64,000 nucleotides of DNA from Ramazzottius varieornatus. Its lineage: Eukaryota > Animalia > Tardigrada. The notes beneath the pieces are model-generated. The model did no database searches, was not told the DNA's origin, and was given only the letters and a program-made list of their open reading frames with translations. Shown in pieces: positions 35,352 to 48,676 of the stretch; position 1 is the first letter of the stretch; the number at the start of each line of letters is the position of its first letter. A program made the position numbers and the translations under genes. The stretch covers positions 186,001 through 250,000 of the forward strand of contig BDGG01000009.1 of the NCBI GenBank assembly GCA_001949185.1, written 5' to 3'.

Positions 35352-38300
35352 ATGGTATTCAGTGACTCTTCCGCCTTTGGGCGCATTTTCGGCAATGTCG
35401 GTGTATGGAAATTGTCGCTGTTCTTCATTGTTCCATGTGCCCTATCCCCGCTCCTCTTCCTGTTCGACTCACAGGTGAGTTTTTCCTGCACAAAGAATTC
35501 AGTATTGTGTGCATCACCATGACCTACTTTGAGTTGTGTAGAGCGCCAAAACCGGATATTTGATGTTGATCGTCTCCTTCTTCCTGGTCTTTGACATATT
35601 GCCCATCGCCATGACAGTGCTTTTTTGCGTCTTCCTGATGGCTATAACTGGCACACAGAGCATTACCGAAGCTGCCACTGCGTTCGCCTCGGTGGGTTTT
35701 CTTCAGCCCTTGGAGAGGAGCGACTAGCAAACCGGGAGCTCGGCAAACAAACTCGTCCAGCCCCTCTTTCGAAGTGGCGCATGCTTTCGGTTAAGATAAT
35801 ACCGAAAGTATGCGCCACCGAGGAATCTTGTCCAGTCTGTTTTTCCAAGTGGCACACGTTGTCCGCGATTTTGCCGAGTAACGTGCGCCACTTGCGAAAG
35901 CAATCTTATTACGGTTGTTTTCCGAGCTTCCCTATACCTTGTACTGTACTTCTGGGTCTGTAATTATAGGAAACCTTCTTTCTCTTTGCGTCGGTGCTGA
36001 TGTTGGCCATCTCCATCGAGGAAACCACCCTCCATAACCGCATCGCCCTGAAGGTTCTCCGTTTGATCGGTGTGAGCCGCTCTCGCCTTATTCTGGGCTT
36101 TATCCTGATCAGTGGACTTCTGTCCATGTGGATGTCCAATTCTGCCGTTACGCTCATGACCTTACCCATCGCCATGGCTGTTAGTGATAGCCTCAACCCC
36201 GATATGGATGAAATCGAGCCGGCAAAGGTACCCGCCGCCATTCCCTACAAGGAACGCATCCGGTAGGCGGTAACAAATATTCGGTGTCCTTCCTCGTTAC
36301 CCAATGTGTTCCGCTCGCAGATTTCAACTCAGTGCTACCTTTTCGGCTGGCATTCTCTAAATGTACTGTTCTAATCCAACTTTTTGAACTTATGCTAGAA
36401 AGCTTTTCCAAAGATAGACTTGAGTGCTAGAGAAATAAAGTCGACCAGATTTTTTTCCAAGGGGCGCGCACGTTTCCAGTGCTGGTGGCTGGAAGAGTGC
36501 GTCATCTGGAAAACTAGTCTCGTCGAGTTTTTTGGTCGTAGTCTCACTTCGAGATCAACAAAATGGTATTAAGTTTCAAGAAGATTCAATAAGTTATTAC
36601 CAGAAAACTTATGGGTTCTAGGCGCATCAGTCAGTGCATTGTCAACTCCCGCAGAACCTCCGCGGTGGTTCCGCCCATCTCCCGCCAGGTTTCTCAAGTC
36701 AACGGTGGAGGACAAACAACACCCCCTCGCCGGGTCTCCAACGTACGCTTTGCTGCCGATTATGAGCACTTGACGCCCGACAGGCCCGAACTGCAACCCT
36801 TATCCCGCGAAACGGAAGCCGAGCTCGAAGCCTTCCTTAAGGAAGCTAAGCAGAGTCTTGGTGAACGACCCATCATGCGAGATGACGAGCAGGACAAGGA
36901 GGAACGTCTCAAGTTATCAAAGGCTCTACAGCTGGCTACTGCCTATGGGGCCAACATCGGTGGGATGGCCACACTTATCGGGGCGTATCCCAACTTGGTT
37001 ATGAAGCTTAACGTCGAAAAGTACGTATCTGTGTCTGAATGGTTATGGAAAGACCGTCTTGCATGGGAGCTCGGCAAAGAAACGTGACCAGTTTTGTCAA
37101 GTGGCACACGTTTCGTTGATGTTGGTGTCGGAGCGCGCGCCACTTGGAAGAACGATCTGTGAGGGTTTCCTTCGAAGTGGCGTTCGCTTCCAGCGTTATT
37201 GGCTGAAGCGTGCGCCACTTACAAAATGTATTCTGTCGGGTTTGTTTTCCCAAGTGGCGCATGTTCTCGCCAATATTGACTGAAGGCGTACGCTGGGAAA
37301 GTTTGCGTGCCGAGCTCCCATGTGCTAAATTTTGAACAAGATTGTTTGCTTGTGTTTGCAGGTTGTATGGTATGGATACGGGCTTGAACTTTCTGACATT
37401 CCTGATGGTGGCGGCACCTATCACCTTTGGAGGCCTGATATTGACGTGGATCATCTTGTCGGCCCTGTTTATCCCGGGATGGTTAACGTCATTCTGGAAG
37501 AAAAGTGACGTGATTAACAGAGTTCGGGAAGCCAAAGCCCGGGTGATCCTGGATGACAAGCACCGCCTTCTGGGGCCCATGAGGTATCAGGGTGGCCTCC
37601 TCGTCCGTCGCCTTTTCATAATCGTTTAGTTTGGCTAATGGTCGAACTGATATGGGCCCGTTACTCCAGGCAGTCGGAAATCACGGTGGTCATCATCTTC
37701 CTGTCCGTCATCGCTCTATGGTTGACGAGAGATCCTCGTGTAGTCAAAGGCTGGTCTTCCCTCTTGCCAAGCGGGTAAATTCCTGCTTCCTGCACTCACG
37801 ACGAGAAAATTTGGGCCAGTTGGGATTACGGGCAACCGTAGAAATGTGACAGAAAGTACATTAGTGTGAATGAGTCGCGTACTTGCATGTTTCGTACCGC
37901 CGTAGCGAGAAGGCCTGTTCCATAATTTCTCGTCGTGCGTGCTCAGTGACGAAACTTGCCAAATACGCATTTTTTGCGTCTCTTTAGATGTGCCTCCGAT
38001 TCGATACCAGCACTGGGTGGTGCTGTACTCCTCTTTGCCCTACCCATCAGTTTTGCCGATATGGCTGACGGTCACTACGCACCCATCCTCACCTGGAAGC
38101 GCGTCGCTGCCAAATTCCCCTGGGAGCTGCTATTGTTTGTGGGGGGACTGACCACTCTGACAAAACTGGCTGATGTAAGTGTCGACCAATAAAACCCCGC
38201 AAAGAATAATCGTTCTTGAGAAGAAACTCTTTCTTTCACAGAAGTCTGGCCTAATTACCTTGATGGGACAACGAGTTCCCGACCTCAGCTCCTACTCTCC

Positions 38301-39082
38301 CACGCTCATCGCCACCGGTGTCTGTATCATTGCCTCCATCTTGACTGAATTTATGAGCAACGGCTTCCTTACGGCCGTTTCTACGCCCGTCCTTGCCACT
38401 ATTGTAAGAATACCATGCCATTATGCACGAAGCGACACTACGAATCACCGCATAGTTGTTCGGAGGTCGGCAGACGAAACAATGGCCATCTCAGGTGGCG
38501 CACGTCTTCCTTGCTTTTGGCTCGAAGCGAGCGCCACTTGAAACCACAATGTTTCAAGTGGCGCACGCTTCCAGACGGTGACAATGAAAAGGTGCGCCAT
38601 TTAAAGTTACAATCTTGTACGCTTCGTTTGACGGCCTCCCGTTTGTTGCGTATATGATATGGAATTTTATTTGTCCATAGGCTGAGGACTTGAGAGTCCA
38701 TCCGTTATATTTAATGCTAGCCGCTGCCATAGCAGCTCAGTTTTCCTTTTGTATCCCCATGTCCTCTTTCCCTACGGTTATCGTGAAAGGCTGCGGCACA
38801 GTGACAATGGGCGACCTAGCTCGGGCTGGACTAGGTCCCAAGATTGTCTGCTTGCTTCTCCTGATCGTCTCCCTGGAAGGCTTGGGCAGTTTGGTATACG
38901 ACATCCATTCCTTCCCGGTCTGGGCCGAAGAACGCCGGCTGGCTCGCTATTCGACCTTATCGAATGGGACTCTACCTGTCGACACACTGTCCATTTCCAG
39001 TGTTATCAGGGACGAGCTTGGAAACTCAGCCATCTTTGCCAACCTTAGCGCCATCTTTATGAACAGCTCTTTTAGTGCTTAG
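35352..39082 (+). CDS. SLC13/DASS (Indy-like) transporter, tandem copy A
   Basis: LAISIEETTLHNRIAL, LSMWMSNSA, AYGANIGGMATLIG, LWLTRDP, KFPWELLLFVGG, TEFMSN, VHPLYLML. Confidence 0.9.
35736..35929. repeat. Palindromic element, 2 units, SLC13-A intron 2
   Basis: gagctcggcaaac ... ttttccgagctt ends; units at ~35772 and ~35847. Confidence 0.92.
37062..37322. repeat. Palindromic element, 3 units, SLC13-A intron
   Basis: catgggagctcggca ... tgccgagctcccatg; units start at 37099, 37175 and 37252 (period 76-77). Confidence 0.95.
37795..37942. mobile_element. MITE (CACGxxGACGAGAAATT-type ends) in SLC13-A intron; related copy at 59764-59962
   Basis: cacgacgagaaaatt ... aatttctcgtcgtg inverted ends, resembling those of the HEXD intron element. 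Confidence 0.6.
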
Positions 39083-39373
39083 TGTTGCCATCTCCCGCTC
39101 GAAATTCTTCACACCCGAAAAGCTTGTGGTAGACAGTTAAAACTCATTATCAGTTGTGGCTGTCATCAAAATAAAAAAATTGCTACCTCATTGCAAAAGT
39201 GTACTACGTTCAGCGTACGGTCCTTCGGCGTTTATAGAGCCTGTACCAGGTGAGCTTTCGAAGGGACGCAGTCTGATGTTAATTCTAAGAGTGGATTTTT
39301 CCTCTGCACCTTTGATGACGTCTAAGAGCAGAAAAGCTTTGGCGTAAGCTCTAACCGAAGGACTGCAGCGACG

Positions 39374-42313
39374 ATGGCGAAAATGCTGAAGCACCTTGTT
39401 CGTCTCGTTTTGTCCTATTGGAGACTGATGTCAGTCTTTCTGGTCCCCTTATGCCTGGCTCCGATTCTCATCCTATCCGAAGAACGGGTAAGTATCCATC
39501 TAAGATGGCACAATTGTACTGTAGCATGTAGAATGGTTCCTGTATCGACTGGAGTGGTTTTTTATGTTCACAGAGCGCCAGAGCGGGATATCTGCTACTG
39601 TTGATGACATGTTTCCTGGTCTTTGAGCTCCTGCCCATCCCAGCCACAATCTTGCTTGTGCTCTTCCTCGTTCCTACTGTCGGGCTAGCTACCACCGCCG
39701 AAACCGCCCTGTACTTTACCACAGTCAGTACCTCCCATCACTCTCATGTACATCACAAACTAAGAGCGGCTTGTTATAGGATACCATGTTCCTGTTTATC
39801 GCGGTGCTGATGATGGCCATATCCATCGAGGAGGTGGACCTGCACAACCGTCTAGCACTACTGGCACTACGCGCCATTGGTGTCAGCTCCTCCAAGTTAA
39901 TCTTGGGCTTTCTTCTCATCAGTGGTTGCCTGTCAATGTGGATGTCCAACGTCGGTATGACCCCAGTCCATGTACTGAATAAATGGTAGTGCTTGGCGTA
40001 ACCTTGCCCCTTCATTCTGGTAGAAAAATGGCGCAGTAATTCAGCGTTCAAGTTTTCCTCCACTCTCCAGGTGGCTTTGTGTTGCAGCGGTCACAATGAT
40101 GATCTTGCCCATTGCCAAAGCCGTGACGGACACCCTGTCTCCCGACCAGGAAAAGGAAGAAGAGCCAGCTTTTCTAGACTTGCCTACGGTGGAGAGTGCG
40201 CGGAGGGTCTCCGTTGCGACCTACCCGGTGCTGCAGAAACTGGAGGCTGCTATCAGTGACGACGCCAACCCTTTAGAGACTGCTCGGTTTTTGCAGCGAC
40301 AAAATTCGCTTGCGAGTGCCAGAAGTGTCAGAAGTATCCGATCTACCCAGAAGGACATTAGCACCGTAAAGCTTATCATGGCCTTGCAGTTGAGCATCTG
40401 TTACGGTGCAAATGTGGGCGGAATGGCCACCCTGATCGGCTCTTACAACAACATGCTGCTAAGGATGACCATGGAAAGGTACCCCCCTTTTCAGTCTGGG
40501 CCATACTTGGGAACTATGCAAAAAGACTGCGCCAGATCGCTTTCCAGGTGGCGCACGTTCCCGATTGGTATCATTGATAACATGCGCCACTTTGAAAGAC
40601 AAATTAGACTGGATCCCTAGTGGCGCACGTTCTCCGTATAATTGGCTGGGAGCGTACGCAACTTGGGAAAACGATCTTGCCGAGTTTCTTTGCTTATAGG
40701 TTCCACGTAGCATCACCTATTGATCTTGGGTTTCTTCCTTTTATAGTAATTACGGGACCGATACCAACTTCAATTTCCTGTCGTTCGCACTGGTGGCCAC
40801 GCCCATTGCTTTCGGTTCGCTTTTCATTACTTGGGTGGTTTTCTGTTTGCTGTTCATCCCGAACTGGATTACTAGCTGGCGACGCCAGGACTCGTCCGCC
40901 GCAAAGTCTCAAAGACTAATGGATGACAAGCTGAAACAACTGGGTCCCATCAAGTAGGGATCAGTTAAACACCAGTATGGAAGGCAGCCATAATTTTCAC
41001 GATTTTTTCATAGGCATGGAGAGGTTTCGGTATTGTTGGTCTTCACGATGGTCATCTCCTTGTGGCTCACCCGAGATCCAAAGGTGGCTCCTGGATGGTC
41101 AATTTTCTTCAAACCAAAGTAAGTATAACGAGTAGTGCTGAATTCATCCCGTATCAGACTTTGGATACAAACACACTTACTGTAGTGCTACCAAATTATC
41201 GCGCACTCAACCACGTGAACAGTAAATGATGCCCGGGTGAGAGTCAGCGAGGCTAAACTGATAACATCTGATCACGCTGGGCAGCGATGACTCATCACGT
41301 CGTTCAGTGCGCGATAATTTGGTAGCACTACAGTATTCGTGCACAGGTTCGCCACGGATGCAATGCCAGCATTACTCGGTGCTGTATTGCTTTTTATCAT
41401 CCCGCTGGATTTCAAAGAGTTTGCCCGAGGAGCTTATGAGCCCATTTTGACCTGGAAAAGGGTGGTCGTGCGTTTCCCGTGGGAATTCCTGCTGTTTGCT
41501 GGAGGTCTAATGGCTATCATGAAGCTGTCAGAAATATCCGGCTTTATCACAGCCGTTGGCCAGCAGGTCCCCGACTTGCGCAGCTATCCTCCACTGGTGA
41601 TTGCAACTATCGTAAGCCTAATTGCCGCAACCGGAACAGAAGTAATGAGTGGCGCCATCATCTCCGCAGTGTTGCTGCCTATCTTTGCCAACCTCGTAAG
41701 CAATAAACTTCATAATTTATCTATATTCGATTTGTTCCGAAAGACGCACGCTTCCGGCTGGTTTCAGCGAAAACGTGCGCCGCTTGAGAAAACAATCAAA
41801 CTCGGCATGACTGTTTTCTCAAATGACGCAAATCCTCCGTGATTTTGGCTGAAAGAGTGCGCCCTTTGCGAAAACGACTTGATTCCGAGCTCCCTTCTGT
41901 TTCATGGATTGGAGAGGTTACGGTTACAGGCGGAAGATACTGGAGTGAATCCACTGTATTACATGATCGCAATTGTCCTATCCAGCCAAATGTCTTTTCT
42001 GACGCCCATCTCGTCTTTCCCCACTCTGGTGGTGTACGGTGCCGGCACGGTGCGTCTGCTGGATATGTTTCGCGCTGGTCTTGCACCCAAAATGGCTTGT
42101 CTGACCCTTCAAATTTTAAGTCTGGAATTTCTGGGATGGGCTGTTCTCGATATCAAGACCTTTCCTGAGTGGGCCGAAGTTCGCTACGCCTCAAGACGTC
42201 AGATGCTTTACAATGTCTCCACAATCTCATCAGCCAGTACTGTGTATAATGGACCAATTTTCGGCAATGTCTCTGTTATCGATGCTCTGGGTAATACCAC
42301 ATCCGTCATTTGA
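39374..42313 (+). CDS. SLC13/DASS (Indy-like) transporter, tandem copy B
   Basis: MAISIEEVDLHNRLAL, LSMWMSNVA, CYGANVGGMATLIG, LWLTRDPKVAPGW, RFPWEFLLFAGG, VNPLYYMI; colinear with copy A. Confidence 0.9.
41178..41335. mobile_element. MITE with 30-bp perfect terminal inverted repeat, TA-bounded, in SLC13-B intron
   Basis: tactgtagtgctaccaaattatcgcgcact (41178-41207) / agtgcgcgataatttggtagcactacagta (41306-41335). Confidence 0.85.
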
Positions 42314-42472
42314 TATCGATAGAAACGTACCGTAAACATGGGGAAATAAAGCTCTGCACAAAAAAAGAGAAATTTGTACAAGAATGTGCGTCGAATGCGG
42401 GAAGCAGTGTCAACATGATATGCTTACACCTAGATATGGGCCAAAATATAGATATAAATAAATGTCTGTTAA

Positions 42473-45456
42473 TCAAGTGGAAGTATAGCGAAGCGAGGAC
42501 GTTCCCGAAAGCATGGAAGAAGTAGCGGACGAAGAAGGTGGCGCTTGTGGCGCATAAGCGGAAGCCGCGGTGGGCAGCATAAAGACCTGGGGTAGATGGC
42601 CTATGATGGGTGACGTCACTGCGGAATTGGTACTGATACCATACGGGGTGTTGGTCACCGGTAAATAGAATTGGTTCATCATGGGGACCAAACCGAATGT
42701 CGGCTGTGCGGTCGTTCCGTTACTGTACATCTGCATGGTCGGGAAGAAAGAAGTCCCAGCGGGCCAGAACTGCGGCATTGACATCACCATGTTTGGCTCG
42801 TTAATACTACATCGTGCTGTGGTTACTTCCTCGTTCTTTTCCTCTGCGTTGGTGTCACTGAATAAGCCCCCCTGTTCATCTTGTAGAATGCGCTTTCTGA
42901 GCGGTAGCTTATCGCGCGAACTGGACGGAAGGCTTTGTTGGGGAGAGGGTCGGAATGAGGGACCAACTGCCTCCAAGATATCGGCGACGGACTTGATGAG
43001 GCTTGTGGGGCTTTGAGAGGTGGTTGGAGCATGGTCTGGACTGTAGGCTGCAACGAGTGGTTGGTGGGGTTGGGAAGACTGACTGGGTGGCAGGAGAGGG
43101 GGTAGGCGATGGTGGTTGGTGTGGTGCGCAGGTGGCGAACCAGGAGGAGCCGTACAGGTGGCCTGGCTGTCCACTTCCTCGTGGCTATCGCACTCGGCCA
43201 CACCCGACGCATCCACAGTGGGGTTGTGCAGTCGCATCTCATGCTTTAGCTCTTGCAGGCGAAGCTGTACCACCGAGCGATCACGATGAGCTTTCTCGGT
43301 GTCACGTTGTAGTTGACCGCTCTCCCTCTGTAATTGCTACAACAAATACAAAGATGTAAGATGTTGTACAGCGGCTCGTAAAATATTCAAACCAAATCGC
43401 TTGTTCGAGTCACGCGCGCTCCCAGCCAATGAAACCAAGAAAGTGCGTTACTTGGGACAACGGTCTTGTCGAGCTTTTTCAAGTGGTGTATGCTGTCAGC
43501 TAATATTGCTGAAGACATGCGCCGGTCCAGTTCATATGCCTAAGTCCCATATAGAGTTAACCCTGCTAAGTGAACTGGAAATTCCGTGTATAGGTTCTTT
43601 GAGACGGTCAGGTTCTGAAGAAATGAAAGCACACGATGACACAATGAAACTTAAACGGATGATCAGCGCTGACATTGACGAGTCCCTGGACATTAATCTC
43701 ACGTGGGGCAACTTGCATGGCAAGTCATGGCAGCTTGACGAGACATACTCCGTAAAGTGTCTTTCGGTACGAGTCTTGAAAAGTCTCCGCCATACAAACC
43801 TGTGTAGGACCGGAGTGCCGTACGTCAAACATAGAGTGATTCCTATGCTAGATAGTATTGACGTCAGAGGACCATTCAAGCCGTATCGATTTCTTTGCTG
43901 GCTTGATATTACTTCCGCCTTGCTGTGCGGTATGCAAGGTCTAGGTTATCGCGATAAGCAGTGAAAGTCATATGATGCCTGATAAGTGTCGCCGCCGAAG
44001 CTGGTTTTAGATGGTGAAACACGGCTAACTTAGTCTCTTCAAGCCAACACGGCAACGTGGAACCCGCAGCTGACACGACCAAGACCCGGCGTACGCGCGC
44101 GGCACTGGGTTGGACGGGAAACGTGACATTGAAAGGCGGCAGCTGGCGCAGCACTAACTCAGCAGTTGTTCCACACCAGCAAGTCTTGCCTTATCTATCT
44201 ACGCACATGCCGGTTGCTATAATTGTCCATGCCAAACGCACACACAAAGAAGGTCTAGAGTTCCACTGGGCCGCAAACGCGAAACACGTGCAGCAGATGC
44301 ATGCAACTAACCAACAAACATTCACTCTTCTCTCTTCTGAAATGTTGTTATCACCACGCGAAGAGCCACACACTCTTCCTATACCAGCTCGCATAATGGC
44401 TAGAACACGTCATTGCTATGCTGCCCTGGGAACCCATCAACATTCCATGCGTACAAGCCAGCCTCGAAAAGTTTTACAGCCAAAAACCCTACCGTTGTAA
44501 CCACACAAACTCGCGCAACCATCTACCTGTACATAGTTTCCCGCAAAGGCATCAAATTCTCCTTTCCGACCTTTTTTAATATTTTCATAGAACTTAGAAT
44601 TGGTAATTTAACCACAACAACTTCAATTTGAAATTTCGAAATTTTTTTTAATGAAAGATTTCACAGAAAAAGATATAGAGTACCTGTAAGCATCGAACTG
44701 CGCTTCGAAGTACGGCCAGATGCGACGCCTTCTTATCGTCATCGTTTTCCAACACTTCGGTTTTTAAAGCCTCGAAGCAGTCCTTCAAATGCGCTCGTCT
44801 ATAGAGAGACAAACCCATTCGTCGAATGTCATGGTTCCATGACGTCATTCTCTCCGCATCTCGTGACTATCGCATGCGGATTCAGCCAGCCGTTGAGATA
44901 CACGTATACAAAATATGCAGAGGATTTTTACCTATTTTTCTCCAGAACGTTATGAACACTTCGGTTCTCCGGATTCTTTCTAATACCCCTGCAAAAGGAA
45001 GTAAATCATTTTTTTCTCACATCTGCGCACAGTCTTTTCAGTATAGTACAATACTGATATTAAGATACGACATTGTAGGTTAATTCTAAAAGGTCGAACT
45101 ATACTGGAGGACACATACCCGCGTTTATTTCCGCCCGAAGTTCTGCACGAATCCGAGCTAGCCGACGCAGCTGACGATGACGCCTGGCGAGACAATGCAG
45201 CTGCCGATCTCCTTCTGGTCTTTTTGTCCTTTCGAAAGGCGTCGCTTTTCGGTACTACTTCCGCGTTTTGCCCACCCGATGCCAAGTTATCTTCGGTCAA
45301 GGTTGCACTATGAGGACTACCGACGGTACTGCCACAGCTAAAGTCGGACTCCCGTTCACTCGAGTGCGCCGGTTGCGGCGGTTGGGTACTTTTGAGCGGC
45401 GCGGGACGATCGACATAACTGGCGGCTTGAATCAGAACATCCAAGCTAGTGTTCAT
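42473..45456 (-). CDS. Mnt: Max-binding bHLH-ZIP repressor Mnt, 4 exons
   Basis: Sin3-interaction motif SLDVLIQAASYVD; spliced bHLH RSVHNVLEKNR-RAHLKDCFEALK..DDDKKASHLAVLRSAVRCLQ; zipper ending LRLQELKHEM; Pro-rich tail. Confidence 0.9.
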
Positions 45457-47440
45457 AGCACCGATGACCGATGGGCATCAAGGGAGTTACAGTCAGCACA
45501 GTCCCACATTGTCAAAGGCCCAACTGCCTCATACTGGGAGGATCGAAAGTATTGCATGTCTATACGAGTTTACGGTATAGGGACAACGTGGTAGCCATGC
45601 CTTGTCAACTCTTGACGCACAACACCGCCACGCTGCACTTCTTTATTCAAAATTGTAGTAGAACATCGTACGTGTTGTACCTTTCTCTCGCGACGCACAA
45701 GCCTTGCGAGCCGGGGTTCGCTGAATGTGGTCGCGACTCGCGGCGTCGCAGTCTTCGCCATTCGCCATCCTTGCATTGCATTGCACGTGCCTCGCGTGCA
45801 CTGTTTATCATGACTGTACGCAGTCTGAGCGAGGAAAGGTTTGACGTCATGAAAACGAGAAGTACTTTTGTCGTATTATGGGCGGATAGATTGGTGACTG
45901 GCGCCAGCGAGGGCTCGATCGTTTTGCCTCATGGGTGTGCAGTTCGCTACTTCATGGGTCCTCCCGTTAGACAAGGTCGCTAGCTTATCTCGGCTGAGCC
46001 CGAGTGCGGGAAGTGCAGCGTCGGGGTATAAGAGAGTAATGTGGGTCTGTGCAACACGGCCACCAACGTCATCGTCAAATACTGGGCCTATTTATAGAGC
46101 CTCTCGTTCGTGTGCTGGTTATTTCAGCCGTACGATGCTGCGAGTCACGTTGTAACAAGGTCGATATCCCGCGCAAGGTGTGGAATACACTCCAACTTCC
46201 TCTCTTCATCCTCCAAAGCAGTCTCGCTATACTGCCAACTTCCATCACTTTTTCCGCCCCCTCATCGTGTGTAGAAAGCCATGCTGCGTGTTGGGGAATC
46301 CTCTTCATGTACTAATTTTACCTTCAAATAATTGATCAGCTCACGATTAAGCTTCCCATGACGTGCTCCGCACAACAACAGTGTGCAAATCTTCGGCACA
46401 ACTATACCCTGGTAGCTAGAACAAGAAACTGTCAAACAAAGTGGGCATCGGGACTACACAGCGCACCTCTTTTCAAAGGAAGACGTAAAATTTGCACATA
46501 GTACTTCGCCTGAGCGTAGACACTAGCTCCAAGGTGTTCACACCCGACGATTGACCGCGCGCAACAGCAAATACGCCCACGTCGACCTAAATTAAGCCGA
46601 CAATGCCCCAATGGTACCCGCTGCGCCAAAGACACTTCGTACTGCATTGAGATAGTCGGTGACGTCGGATTCACCGTGTTAGCTCAGATCCACAGTCCGT
46701 TCCAGTCAAGTTGTCCCCGCTTAATCAAAAGTTCTCTTCTTCTGACCAAATGATATTTCCGCCTCTGTCAAACGTTTTTATCATTACTGCGGCTCTCTGC
46801 AACCGTTTGAGAACAAGAAAGACCAAAAAGCTATTGTGAGTCAGAAGGCAGGTGGAAAAGTCCCACATCTGTTTTTCTGCCCAACGCAAAAACAAGCGCG
46901 CTAGTTGATCGGGGTGGCAGTTCAATTTTCATATTTCGATTTCACATCTCCAGTCGTTTTTGACTTTCTGGCCAGAAATTTTCCTTCAAAGCACCGTGAA
47001 AATAGTTTTCCTCCAACTGCGTATACAAAATTTTGCTTGTTTTGACGGAGTGAGAACTGGGAATTTTATTTTACGGCAACAAGCAGAGTGAGTGGATTTG
47101 TCAAAACGTCCTAGTTTCGAAACAAGTTTCCAAAGTGGTCTTCTACATGAATGCTCTCAAACCACGAGGGACAAATTCGCTGCAACTGGCTGCAGAGTAG
47201 ACCATCAAGTTGGAGATAAATCTGACGCATATGGTGGTTGACTGTCGACCGGAGGTCCGCGATCGGTTCACTCCTCAACCAGTCCGCGGCTTAACACTTG
47301 CAGTACCGTGGAGTGTAGACGATCCCAGAGCCGCAGTTTCTGCTGAGGTACGGGCTCTGTTCTCAACGTATTGGTGTGCCGCTTTTTGCTTTGCCTGGCC
47401 AAAATACTTATCTGCGCGATGAAACAAAACTTTCACCGAT

Positions 47441-47596
47441 ACACTCGCCTGGCTTAGTTACCGGCCTGGACAAAATTTCCAGCCGCCGGTCGAAAGCGGT
47501 GACGCTTGAATAGACTAATCAGTTTTGGTGGCGGCTGCTGCTTTCGGCCAGTGGCCGGAAGTTTTGTCAGGCCGATAATTAGTTCAGGCGCGTGTC
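47441..47596. mobile_element. Degenerate foldback MITE in the Mnt-SA intergenic region
   Basis: acactcgcctg..ccggcctggacaaaatttccagcc..cgaaagc pairs with gctttcg..ggccggaagttttgtcaggccg..caggcgcgtgt. Confidence 0.6.
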
Positions 47597-48489
47597 CCCG
47601 AATCATAAATACTCAGTGATCTAGAATTCCAGCAGGTTCGTTTTTGTCTCTTTTGCTTTGGGAATTGCTGTGATTTTCCCAAACTATAGATTTCTCACCA
47701 ACCAAACATGGAAGTGGAGAAATGAACCCCTGTTGATGTTGTGGTCAGATTCGGCTGACAAGCTTTGCTGGCCGCAGAAAAAATTCGCACGGTGGGAGTA
47801 TTTGAAGCAAATATCTGATCGAGTGGCGCGAGTTGGCTCCGCCCATTCTAAATGTCAACCTACTCCTGATATAACATACTATAAAAACCCGCTGCGTCCG
47901 CGTAACACGTCATCGTACACATGAAGTACAAACCCGGTCCGGCTTTACTGCCTCTTCAATCCCTACGGGGGTGCATCGTAACGTACGTGTACGTACCGCG
48001 GACGCAGCGGGTTTTTACAGCATGTGTAGGTCTCGCCGAAACTCGCAAGTCAGATGCTTGCACCAAAACCCAAGTTTCCTGCCATTATTCCAGATTGACG
48101 ATGTTCCTCGCGTCACACGGGGCTGTCGTTCGCCAAGCGTTCTAAGAACACCGGGCCGGAAGAAAGAGCATAACAATATTATGGTTTCGAGCAATCTGAT
48201 CCCCAGCTCATCCAGAAATATGTCGACACCCACCTCCTTTCCAACGTCTAACAAGAGTTGCTTGCCGAACGTTATTTCCACCCCTCTAGCCGGAAACCCG
48301 TTCAAGGGACCCGAAGACTGGTACATGGGCCACCGCCGCTAATGCAAGTTTGCCCCGTTCAGCCAAGAGTAAACCCCAACGAACTTCTGCTCTCAAGTTT
48401 ATGCCACCACTCGCCTCCATCCCAACTCACCGTTGGCACTTTTCTACGTTTCCCGATTGATACAAGAGGGGTGATTTCGGCTAGAATCA

Positions 48490-48676
48490 TATGCGTAACA
48501 GGTCTAATTATGAGACAGTGTTTTGGTCTGAAAACACCTAGGTGTGATTTCACAAGGAAAAACCAAGGAATTGGTAAAAAAAAGTTTGGTTTTAGTCTGC
48601 GTCCACCTAGTTTCCACCTAGTATCGGACCATATTCCCACCGAAACACTGTTTCATAATCAGAACCGTTACGCATA
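48490..48676. mobile_element. Degenerate foldback MITE
   Basis: tatgcgtaacaggtctaattatgagacagtgttttggt / accgaaacactgtttcataatcagaaccgttacgcata. Confidence 0.6.

Noticed and set aside
35692-35969. Palindromic element as an introner that creates introns
   Set aside because: Element ends lie inside the introns, not at splice sites, and the paralogous intron (39724-39779) exists without it.
37062-37322. Repeat-spacer arrays superficially like CRISPR
   Set aside because: The context is eukaryotic and intronic, there are no cas genes, only 1-3 units per locus, and the spacers are diverged versions of one consensus rather than acquired sequences.
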